Shown piece after piece: positions 25,387 to 32,000 of a stretch of 32,000 nucleotides of DNA. The DNA is taken from assembly GCA_028279805.1 (NCBI GenBank), contig JANQMZ010000007.1, positions 570,001 through 602,000 of the forward strand. The letters run 5' to 3'. The stretch comes from an archaeon. Its GTDB lineage: Archaea; Iainarchaeota; Iainarchaeia; Iainarchaeales; JANQMZ01. The translations under genes and the position numbers were made by a program. The notes beneath the pieces were generated by a model, which made no database searches, was not told where the DNA came from, and saw nothing but the letters and a program-made list of their open reading frames with translations. Position 1 is the stretch's first letter; each line of letters begins with the position of its first letter.

Positions 25387-26487
25387 ATGAGAATTTCTGC
25401 TCCCGGAAAACTAATGCTAAGCGGGGAGTGGAGTGTTTTAGAGTTGGGAGTGCCATGCATTGTTTTGGCTGTTGACAAGAAAGTTTTTGTTGACATTGAA
25501 GAAAATGATTCAATTATCATCAATGCAAAAGATCTGGATATTGAAGGAGTTAAAGCAAATTTTGATGAAAAAGAAAAAAAATTTGAATTTGTTGATGCAA
25601 CAGAATTACAAAAAAAAAGGCTTGTTTTTGTAAAAAATGCGATTGATTTAACGCTCAGATATTTGTCCGAAAAAAATGTTTCTTTGAAGAATTTTGAACT
25701 GTCAACAAATTCGGAAAGCACGATAATTAAAGGGCAAAAAGTCGGATTTGGCTCTTCCGCTGCTGTAACTGTTGCAACAGTGGGAGCAGTATTAAAATTT
25801 CATGGGCAGGAGCTTGAAAAAGAAACAATTTACAAATTGGGCTGTGCTGCCCATTATTTCGGGCAGGGAAAAGTTGGTTCAGCTTTTGACGTTGCAGCAT
25901 CAACTTATGGCAGGGCATTAGTGTATAAAAGATTTGATTCTGAATGGCTGGCAAAAGAATTGGATTCAAATTCAATTGTAAAAGTAATTGAAACAGGATG
26001 GAAAGATTTTGAAGCAATTCCTATAGAATTGCCTGAAAATTTTCAACTGGCTGTTGGTTTTTCAGGCAAAAAAGCTTCAACAAAAGAACTCGTTTTAAAA
26101 ATGAAAGAATTTAAACAAAAAAAAACAGGTGAATACCAGAACATTATCAAGCAAATTGAAGAAACGACCAAAAGACTGATTTTTGCCTTAAAACAAAATG
26201 ATAAAAATGCTGTTACAAGCCTGATTAAAAACAACAGGACCTTGTTAAAAGAATTTGGCGAAAAATCCGGAATGAATCTGGAAACAAAAGAATTAACTGA
26301 ATTAATTGAAACAGGAAATAAGGCGGGAGGAGCCTCAAAATTTTCAGGAGCAGGAGGAGGCGACTCTGTCATAAGTGTTTGTTTTAATTCAGAAACAAAA
26401 GAAAAAATTGAAAAAGAATGGAAACAAAAAGGTTTTGCTCCAATAAAGATAGGCATGGAACAAGAGGGGATTATACATAACAGATGA
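25387..26487 (+). CDS. mvaK2: Phosphomevalonate kinase, GHMP/ERG8-MvaK2 type
   Basis: APGKLMLSGEWSVLE, GFGSSAAVTVA, GSAFDVAAS and KFSGAGGGDSVI, colinear with Gram-positive PMKs as I recall them. Confidence 0.75.
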   Translation: MRISAPGKLMLSGEWSVLELGVPCIVLAVDKKVFVDIEENDSIIINAKDLDIEGVKANFDEKEKKFEFVDATELQKKRLVFVKNAIDLTLRYLSEKNVSLKNFELSTNSESTIIKGQKVGFGSSAAVTVATVGAVLKFHGQELEKETIYKLGCAAHYFGQGKVGSAFDVAASTYGRALVYKRFDSEWLAKELDSNSIVKVIETGWKDFEAIPIELPENFQLAVGFSGKKASTKELVLKMKEFKQKKTGEYQNIIKQIEETTKRLIFALKQNDKNAVTSLIKNNRTLLKEFGEKSGMNLETKELTELIETGNKAGGASKFSGAGGGDSVISVCFNSETKEKIEKEWKQKGFAPIKIGMEQEGIIHNR

Positions 26488-26530
26488 GTTTGTAAACCTG
26501 CACAGGGATAAGCACAAATCAAAACAACAA

Positions 26531-27043
26531 TTGTATGTTGTTGATTTCAGGGGAAACAGAACGGGTGAAACTGTTGACCGGTGGGAAGCACACACCAGCC
26601 CGGGAGTCAAACATCTGGCTTTTGCCATTTTTGTTCAGAATAAAAAAAATGAGTTTATTTTGCATAAAAGACCGAACAGAAAAGTCGGAGGCGATAAATG
26701 GGATACTCCTGTGAGCCATGTTTTAGAAGGGGAAACAGAAGAAGAAGCAATGCAGCGTTGTCTGAAAGAAGAATACGGAATTGATAAAAAAGTTGAATTT
26801 GAACATTTTGGAGGTTTTTCTTATGAGGAAAGATATCCCGACGGAACATGTGAAAATGAGTTTTGCCTTGTCAGCGTTTGCAAATATAACGGAAAAATTG
26901 TTGCAAATGAAAAAGAAGTTGAAGAATTAAAAAAATTGCCGGTGAAAGAAGCGGTTAATGAATGGAAAAACAATTTTAGAAATTATACAATTTGGTTTAA
27001 CAAATCAGTTAGCTTATTATCAAAAAAAGGTTTTTTTAAATAA
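26531..27043 (+). CDS. Type 1 IPP isomerase-like Nudix protein lacking the canonical catalytic Cys
   Basis: EAHTSPGVKHLAF, WDTPVSHVLEGE, RCLKEEYGI and CENEFC align with E. coli Idi metal-ligand and Glu motifs, but the C67 position is Val/Ser. The TTG start has no obvious SD, so the start is uncertain. Confidence 0.65.
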   Translation: MYVVDFRGNRTGETVDRWEAHTSPGVKHLAFAIFVQNKKNEFILHKRPNRKVGGDKWDTPVSHVLEGETEEEAMQRCLKEEYGIDKKVEFEHFGGFSYEERYPDGTCENEFCLVSVCKYNGKIVANEKEVEELKKLPVKEAVNEWKNNFRNYTIWFNKSVSLLSKKGFFK

Positions 27044-27057
27044 AAAAAAGAAAAAGA

Positions 27058-27078
27058 GGCTTTTTAGTTAAAAAAGCC
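27058..27078. terminator. Bidirectional hairpin between convergent genes
   Basis: GGCTTTTT (27058-65) pairs with AAAAAGCC (27071-78) around the loop AGTTA. It provides T-runs on both strands and overlaps the last codons of the minus-strand lipoprotein gene. Confidence 0.4.
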
Positions 27079-27282
27079 GTCATTTATTCCTGAGTCTTCC
27101 AGGTTAACAGTGCTGTCAAGCAAATCTTCTATTTCCTTTAACTCATCTGATAAGTTGTTAACTTCATCCTCTGAAACACTATCCTCATTTAATTCTGAGG
27201 ACTTTTGCTCAAATGAAGTGCAACCGCTTAACAGGAACACAGAGAAAAGGAAAATAAAAGCCAGAGAAAATGTTTTTTTCAT
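27064..27282 (-). CDS. Small acidic putative lipoprotein
   Basis: Signal peptide plus a lipobox-like FLLSGC, followed by an Asp/Glu/Ser-rich tail. It starts 4 nt downstream of the preceding gene. Confidence 0.55.
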   Translation of the reverse strand: MKKTFSLAFIFLFSVFLLSGCTSFEQKSSELNEDSVSEDEVNNLSDELKEIEDLLDSTVNLEDSGINDGFFN

Positions 27283-27286
27283 TTTA

Positions 27287-28540
27287 TCAGGCTTCCTCCG
27301 TTTCTAAAGCATCTTCAAGTTCTTCAACAGCTTCATCTGCGTCAGTTGTGTCAATTTCAACCAAATCAGTTTCAGCTGTATTCAGATGCCTGATTATTTG
27401 TTTAATCAGCTTGAAGTCTTCTTTCATTACATGATATGCTTTTCTTAAGAGATTGTTTGCTTTTTTCAGAATTTCGTGCCTTTTTTCAAAGTCATTTTCT
27501 TCTGAAGCCTGTCTCCACTGTTCTTTGAGTTCCTGATGTGCATTAATTACCCTGTCTAAATGATTCCTTAAAACATTTAAAGCTCGTTCAAGCTTTGCTT
27601 TAACATCCTCATTTTCAACATTGGCAATTCTGTCAGACAAATTGTCATACAAACTTTCAGCCCTTTCAATTAAGTTTGAAAGCTTGTCATTCAAAAATCC
27701 TGCAGCCTTGTTTTGAACATTGGCCCGGGCAGAATTCCAGAAACGCCTGATTTTTTTTGCAGCATCAATTACCTGATCCTGTGTTGGTTCATCTTGCAAC
27801 TCAGCTTTGATTTGTTCAAAGTTCAGTTTTACTTCCTCAAGATTGTCAGGGGCAACTCCTTTGTCTTCTAATGCATCCAAATGATGTAAGATTGCATCAA
27901 TCTGGTGAATCAAAGTTTCAACTGCATTGTCTTTCAGTTTTTCCCTTAATTCAGCTTTTCTGTCTTCATCTGCATTTCTAAACTCTTGTCTTACATCATG
28001 AAGCTTCTCTCTCAATTCCTGGAAACGATCTTTCTTTTCAAGATACTTTTCTCTCAAATCAAAAAATTTGCCTCTTGCTGTAAGATAATTTCTTTTAGCA
28101 TCTGTGATTTTCTTGCCAAGTTCTCTTTTGATGTCTTCTCTTTCATCTGAAATTTCCTTTATTTTAGCTGCAACCAAAGGACTTTTTATAACAGCCCTGA
28201 TTTTTTCAGGAATAGGTCTGTGAGTAACAGGCCCGTCCGAATCTGAACTGTCATCATCAGTGTTGTCAGAATCTGTTGAATCATCTTCTTCAAGCGAACA
28301 AGTTTCTCCAACTGTTACTGCGTCAGATAATTTTCTGACAGGTTCAACTCCTATTCTGCGAGCTTCACATTCATTTCCATGAACTCTGCCGTCAGAACCG
28401 CAAACCGGTTCAAAAACAGCCAGGCAAGCTTCAAATTCATCTGAATCATTTGTGCTTACTTCATGGTTGTCAGCAAAAGCCAGCGGAATAGCTGAAAATA
28501 ACAGCATTGTCGCCATTAGCAAATTTAGCATTTTTTTCAT
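27287..28540 (-). CDS. Secreted protein: signal peptide, Kazal-like domain, acidic linker and a long coiled-coil
   Basis: Signal peptide MKKMLNLLMATMLLFSAIPLAFA. CLAVFEPVCGSDGRVHGNEC...GETC has Kazal spacing (C-8-C-11-C-23-C with PVCGSDG..xGNxC). A GGAGGT SD lies 7 nt upstream. Confidence 0.7.
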   Translation of the reverse strand: MKKMLNLLMATMLLFSAIPLAFADNHEVSTNDSDEFEACLAVFEPVCGSDGRVHGNECEARRIGVEPVRKLSDAVTVGETCSLEEDDSTDSDNTDDDSSDSDGPVTHRPIPEKIRAVIKSPLVAAKIKEISDEREDIKRELGKKITDAKRNYLTARGKFFDLREKYLEKKDRFQELREKLHDVRQEFRNADEDRKAELREKLKDNAVETLIHQIDAILHHLDALEDKGVAPDNLEEVKLNFEQIKAELQDEPTQDQVIDAAKKIRRFWNSARANVQNKAAGFLNDKLSNLIERAESLYDNLSDRIANVENEDVKAKLERALNVLRNHLDRVINAHQELKEQWRQASEENDFEKRHEILKKANNLLRKAYHVMKEDFKLIKQIIRHLNTAETDLVEIDTTDADEAVEELEDALETEEA

Positions 28541-28667
28541 TGTTTTTACCTCCGTTGTTTTTTGAACAATTGAAATAATTGCCTGTTTTTTTGTTTAAAT
28601 GCATTCTTTTCAGAAACTTTACAACGCTTTATAAAGTTTTAAAAGGGCTTTCAGGTTAGTATTTTGC

Positions 28668-29372
28668 ATGGCTTCAAAAAGCTTTAAGGGCATTTTAAGC
28701 ATTTTTTTGATTATTTTTCTGGCTTTTAATGTTCACGGAGCAACACTAAAAGGAACAGCATTTGAATGGTTTTCTTTAGAGCCCTTGGATGGGGTAATAA
28801 TTGACATTGACTCTGTTCCGCAACAAAGAGTTATCACACAAAATTCCGGGCAATACTCTTTCATTCTGCCTCCCGGAGAATATTCTTTGCATGCGGAATA
28901 TTTTGAAAATTCAGAATTAGTGTATGTTGAAGATGAAAATATTGTAATTGCTGATGACGGAGAATTTAATTTGGATTTGATAATGTTTCCCGTTTTGACC
29001 GACCCCGATCTGGACGATGAGGATTTGGATGTCGAGGATCCTTTTCCGCAGGAAAATCTGAATTCTGTTTATAATGCTTTAATCGGATTGTTTGCAATAA
29101 TTCTGGTTGTATGGTTTTTCTTTTTGAGAAAAAAAGGCAACGGAACAAATAATGTTCAGGATATTAAAGAGGAAAGCCTGGATGAATATGCGCAAGAAGT
29201 TCTTGAATTGTTAAAAAAATCCGGCAACAGGCTGACTCAAAAAGAAATTCGTGATAAAATTACTCATATAGGGGAAGCAAAAATTTCATTGATTATCAGT
29301 GAACTGGAAGCAGCGGGAAAGATTAAAAAAATCAAAAAAGGCAGAGGCAACATCATAGTACTAAAAGAGTGA
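28668..29372 (+). CDS. Single-pass membrane protein: extracellular beta-sandwich (carboxypeptidase-regulatory-like), TM helix, cytoplasmic winged-helix
   Basis: An N-terminal signal is followed by SGQYSFILPPGEYSLHAEY, an acidic linker and the TM helix ALIGLFAIILVVWFFFL plus RKKG. The C-terminus is YAQEVLELLKKSGNRLTQKEIRDKITHIGEAKISLIISELEAAGKIKK (wHTH-like). Confidence 0.65.
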   Translation: MASKSFKGILSIFLIIFLAFNVHGATLKGTAFEWFSLEPLDGVIIDIDSVPQQRVITQNSGQYSFILPPGEYSLHAEYFENSELVYVEDENIVIADDGEFNLDLIMFPVLTDPDLDDEDLDVEDPFPQENLNSVYNALIGLFAIILVVWFFFLRKKGNGTNNVQDIKEESLDEYAQEVLELLKKSGNRLTQKEIRDKITHIGEAKISLIISELEAAGKIKKIKKGRGNIIVLKE

Positions 29373-29382
29373 GGCTTTTTGA

Positions 29383-29622
29383 TTGATTGAACTTAATATT
29401 GATTTGGGTTTTAAGCTAATCGGAGCCATAGGCCTGATTTTAATAACCAAAGGAGTTATTGAAAAAAAGAGAATTAATGCTATAATGTTTTTTATAGGCG
29501 GAGGCATATTACTTGAAATTTACAGCCTTTATATTCAGGATATCGTTTTCATAATACTTCAATTAATTTTTACAATTGTTGCAATTCACCAATTTTTGAA
29601 ACTAAAAAAAGTGTTAAAGTAA
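29383..29622 (+). CDS. Small 3-TM membrane protein, tentatively PQ-loop/LAB_N-like
   Basis: Three hydrophobic segments. GGGILLEIYSLYIQDIVFIILQLIF resembles the PQ-loop-type pattern. The start is a TTG. Its 3' end overlaps the convergent dtdA by 9 nt. Confidence 0.4.
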   Translation: MIELNIDLGFKLIGAIGLILITKGVIEKKRINAIMFFIGGGILLEIYSLYIQDIVFIILQLIFTIVAIHQFLKLKKVLK

Positions 29623-30426
29623 TTTTCTGAGTTTTTCAAATTCAATGCTTTGATTATTAAGCATTTCAATTATTCTTTGCTTTTCTTTCCCCATCCCTTT
29701 ATGATCAATTATAACTCTTTTAGGTTTTTCAACACTTTTGTCAAACGCCTGCTGAAGCATTTCAGGAGTCAATTCATGCAAGGAATGCTTTGGGCAGATG
29801 TGAGAAAAAGCAAAATTTTTTCTTTGAACTAACTTGGAAAATTCTATTGCATAATGTGTCCCACCCAGACCAATAACCGGTTCAGCATCAGACTCCAGAG
29901 AAGTTGCTTCCATAATCGTTTCAGCAATGGCCAAAGCTCCTTTTTCATTTTTCCAGGATTTTTCTTCCGATCCAAGCTCGACAAAAATACACGGAGTATC
30001 AAGATAAGGGCCATGGTGTGTTGTCTCCGTTTCAATCTCATAATCTTTTAATGAAAATTTTTCTTTTTTTTCCAGCAAGGAAAGAAAATAATTGCGTAAC
30101 AAAAAAGCGCTTGATTTGACCAGTTTTTTCGTTTTGCCTCCCAAAGTGCCTTGCCCCCAGCAGCCAATCGGATGGCAGGTTAAGGCAGGAATTCCTGCTT
30201 TTGAAGAATGCCTGGAAGCAAAAATAAAAAAATCTGAATTATGCAAAGCCAAATGGTCAGCATTTAAAGGTTCTTTGTCAATGGTTAGCAGTTCAAAATC
30301 CTTAAATGAATAAATTGGCTCGTTATCAAAAGATTTTTCTGTTTCTTTGAACGAAAAATTTTCCAAGAGCCTTTGCTTAATATTTAAATCGGCTGTATTT
30401 TTTTTGGAAACAACTATTGTATACAT
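29614..30426 (-). CDS. dtdA: D-aminoacyl-tRNA deacylase, archaeal DTD2 type
   Basis: FIFASRHSSKAGIPALTCHPIG...GG, ETETTHHGPYLDTPCIFVELGSEEKSW and GLGGTHYA match the tRNA_deacylase (DTD2) family pattern. The size of ~270 aa also fits. Confidence 0.8.
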   Translation of the reverse strand: MYTIVVSKKNTADLNIKQRLLENFSFKETEKSFDNEPIYSFKDFELLTIDKEPLNADHLALHNSDFFIFASRHSSKAGIPALTCHPIGCWGQGTLGGKTKKLVKSSAFLLRNYFLSLLEKKEKFSLKDYEIETETTHHGPYLDTPCIFVELGSEEKSWKNEKGALAIAETIMEATSLESDAEPVIGLGGTHYAIEFSKLVQRKNFAFSHICPKHSLHELTPEMLQQAFDKSVEKPKRVIIDHKGMGKEKQRIIEMLNNQSIEFEKLRKLL

Positions 30427-30432
30427 AACAAG

Positions 30433-30903
30433 TCATTTTTTGTAATTTTGGGAAATTTTATCTAAAACTGTTTCAATTTCATCAAGAGAATAATTTACAT
30501 CATTTCTGACCCAGTGTGAAAAAGATTCCTTTAAATCCATCCGGTCAGCCCGCGGAGCAGGATTTAAAAAATACAAATTTTTTTTTCTTACAATAATACC
30601 CCATTCGATTAATTTGCTTAAATGATACCTGATTAATTTTTCTGAAACATTTAATTTGTATTTTTCTTTTAATTTTTTCTGAATATCAAAAGTGCCCGGG
30701 TTGGATTTTTTTGTTATCAGAAAATAGAAAACAGTGTCCAGAATATTTAATGCGGTGTTCCTTTCATCTTTTTCCGAAACCATTCCGAAAGCCAGTGCAA
30801 ACCATCTGAGCAGAGAACGCTTTGTCAGCTTTACAGAGGGGGGCAGATCCATTTTTCTTATTATGAATGTTTTTCTGATTAATTCAAGTTCCGGTTTTGC
30901 CAT
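30433..30903 (-). CDS. Winged-helix DNA-binding protein (putative transcription regulator)
   Basis: SEKLIRYHLSKLIEWGIIVRKKNLYFLNP looks like a recognition helix plus wing. An AGGTGA SD lies 4 nt upstream of the ATG. The gene is probably co-transcribed with dtdA. Confidence 0.55.
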   Translation of the reverse strand: MAKPELELIRKTFIIRKMDLPPSVKLTKRSLLRWFALAFGMVSEKDERNTALNILDTVFYFLITKKSNPGTFDIQKKLKEKYKLNVSEKLIRYHLSKLIEWGIIVRKKNLYFLNPAPRADRMDLKESFSHWVRNDVNYSLDEIETVLDKISQNYKK

Positions 30904-30910
30904 ACAATCA

Positions 30911-30975
30911 CCTGCGCCTTCGGCGCAAGCGCCACTGAAAGTGGCACGACGTGCAGCCTGAGTCAGCAGGCTCGG
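30911..30975. other. GC-rich cluster of three hairpins: structured 5' leader of the wHTH gene or an independent small RNA
   Basis: 44 of 65 nt are G/C by hand count, in an AT-rich window. The hairpins are 30913-27 (GCGCC/GGCGC), 30931-45 (GCCAC/GTGGC) and 30955-72 (AGCCTG/CAGGCT). GGAAAAAA-G-TTTTTTCC follows at 30974-90. Confidence 0.35.
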
Positions 30976-31070
30976 AAAAAAGTTTTTTCCTTTGGCAAAA
31001 AATAGTTTAAAGTGTTATTTAAGGTTTTTGATTAGTGTAGTTTTTAAGCTTTTTTGGAATCAATGGTAAT

Positions 31071-31427
31071 ATGGCGTTAAGGATTGAATACAGGTTTACT
31101 CCGTTAAGGCTTGTTATTGACAGAAAAGAGCCTGTTCAGATGAAGGTTACTCTTACAAATGTTGGAGCTGAACCGGAAAAAATTTCACTAAAAACAGTTT
31201 TATCAAAAGAATTGGGGATGGATAAAAGCGGTATAAAAAACGCGGCGCTGGAAAGAATTGATTCTCTGGAGCCTGGAGAATCCAAAGTTTTCTATTATGA
31301 TATAAATGCAAAGCATTCAACAACACCGGGCGAGCATCAGATTACTGTTGTGGCTGAAGAGCATTACCGGGATTATAACCACAAAAAACAGGAATACATG
31401 GTTAATGCGGAAATAAGAGTTGAATAA
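31071..31427 (+). CDS. Hypothetical protein, CARDB/DUF11-like beta-sandwich pattern, no signal peptide
   Basis: VTLTNVGAEPEKISL...LEPGESKVFYYDI...TPGEHQITVVA. A TATA-like GTTTTTAAG lies ~25 nt upstream of the ATG. Confidence 0.5.
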   Translation: MALRIEYRFTPLRLVIDRKEPVQMKVTLTNVGAEPEKISLKTVLSKELGMDKSGIKNAALERIDSLEPGESKVFYYDINAKHSTTPGEHQITVVAEEHYRDYNHKKQEYMVNAEIRVE

Positions 31428-31465
31428 TTACACAAATTGTTGGACAAACGTTTTTTGGTGACCTC

Positions 31466-31798
31466 GTGGGACTTAAGGAAACAAAAACCGGTTTGAATAA
31501 AATAAAGCTTCTTAATTTAAATGATGGAAAAGTTTGGGAAATTTTGAATGTTGCCCGGGAAAAGAAAGGGTTTGATTCCGGCTTTATAAAAAAAATTTAC
31601 AATAACATTCTGTGGCTTAAAAAGGAAAATGAGAAGATGAGGAAGGAAAAAGACAAACATTTGGAAATTGAATATGGGGATAAGGAAAAAGCTGATGAAA
31701 TTGACAAAAATGTTGAAAAAATTGAGGAAAATATTAAACCGGTTTGGGATGAATTAGTTAAAGATTTGAAAACTGTTGAAATTGGTTTTGAAGATTAA
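31466..31798 (+). CDS. Hypothetical Lys/Glu-rich, probably coiled-coil protein
   Basis: An ORF with a GTG start. Its charged heptad-like sequence shows no recognisable motif. Confidence 0.4.
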   Translation: MGLKETKTGLNKIKLLNLNDGKVWEILNVAREKKGFDSGFIKKIYNNILWLKKENEKMRKEKDKHLEIEYGDKEKADEIDKNVEKIEENIKPVWDELVKDLKTVEIGFED

Positions 31799-31836
31799 TG
31801 TTTTTATACCAGAAACGCTTAATTTTAGTGATTTAA

Positions 31837-32000
31837 ATGGATTTACCACACAGGCCAAGCAATAGACCTAATAAGTTTGTGAGAAGAGATTCTGTTCTTA
31901 GAGGTAAAAAAGAGCTTATAGAGCGTTTAGCCAGACAACAAGCCCGGCAAAATGGTGCCGATGTTGGAAGCCTAATGCATTATATTGAACGATTAAGGGA
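31837..32000 (+). CDS. 5' part of an ORF running off the window (MDLPHRPSNRPNKFVRRDSVLRGKKELIERLARQQARQ...)
   Basis: ATG at 31837 with 54 codons open to the window end. A TATA-like TTTTTATA at 31801-08 lies ~30 nt upstream. The ORF is not in the supplied track because it is truncated. Confidence 0.3.
   Translation, partial: MDLPHRPSNRPNKFVRRDSVLRGKKELIERLARQQARQNGADVGSLMHYIERLR

Noticed and set aside
30734-30961. A 75-aa + strand ORF ending in an Ala/Pro-rich tail across the GC-rich island
   Set aside because: It is antisense to the wHTH gene for most of its length. The Ala/Pro/Arg tail is simply the translation of GC-rich hairpins.
1-32000. Search for CRISPR repeats, transposase/integrase genes, inverted terminal repeats, toxin-antitoxin pairs, reverse transcriptase/DGR, restriction-modification or other defence genes
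   Set aside because: None was recognisable by eye in any frame. The window looks like core metabolism plus surface-structure genes rather than a mobile or defence island.

Overview
This is an AT-rich, very gene-dense stretch with short or overlapping spacers and many Lys-rich proteins. It reads as archaeal chromosome, most plausibly from a small-genome DPANN-type archaeon. That assignment is inference from several features: a class III-signal pilin, archaeal DtdA, a thiolase/HMGS/DUF35 trio, a RecJ/GAN-like DHH protein, TATA-like boxes about 25 nt upstream of first genes, and GGTGA/GGAGG Shine-Dalgarno sites inside operons. Left to right the window holds: (1) a type IV pilus / Tad-like locus (1-6275) with a pilin-like secreted protein, a pilin, and an operon of Lys-rich protein, FlaI/VirB11-type ATPase and two separate TadB/TadC-like platform genes; (2) translationally coupled bacterial-type coaD-coaE; (3) a class II (B12) ribonucleotide reductase with an ATP-cone; (4) a KaiC/RadA-like ATPase and a RecJ-like DHH phosphoesterase; (5) a GGPP-type prenyl synthase and pyruvate phosphate dikinase; (6) a ~10 kb same-strand mevalonate cluster (ThyX-like, class II HMGR, HMGS, thiolase, DUF35, HAD, MVK, MVD, PMK, IDI1-like); (7) a small secretome/regulator island with an acidic lipoprotein, a Kazal-like + coiled-coil secreted protein and a membrane-tethered wHTH protein; (8) DtdA, a wHTH protein and small hypotheticals. 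I saw no rRNA, tRNA, CRISPR array, transposase/integrase or recognisable defence system. The points most worth a second look are as follows. The mevalonate pathway appears chimeric and fully classical. Its terminal IDI-like protein lacks the catalytic Cys. A double-length ThyX-like protein is fused into the operon. MVK carries an in-frame two-TM extension. There are two candidate structured RNAs (10687-10770 and a ~68% GC hairpin cluster at 30911-30975). An archaeal Kazal-like protein is also present. All functional calls rest on motif recognition by eye; no database search was possible.
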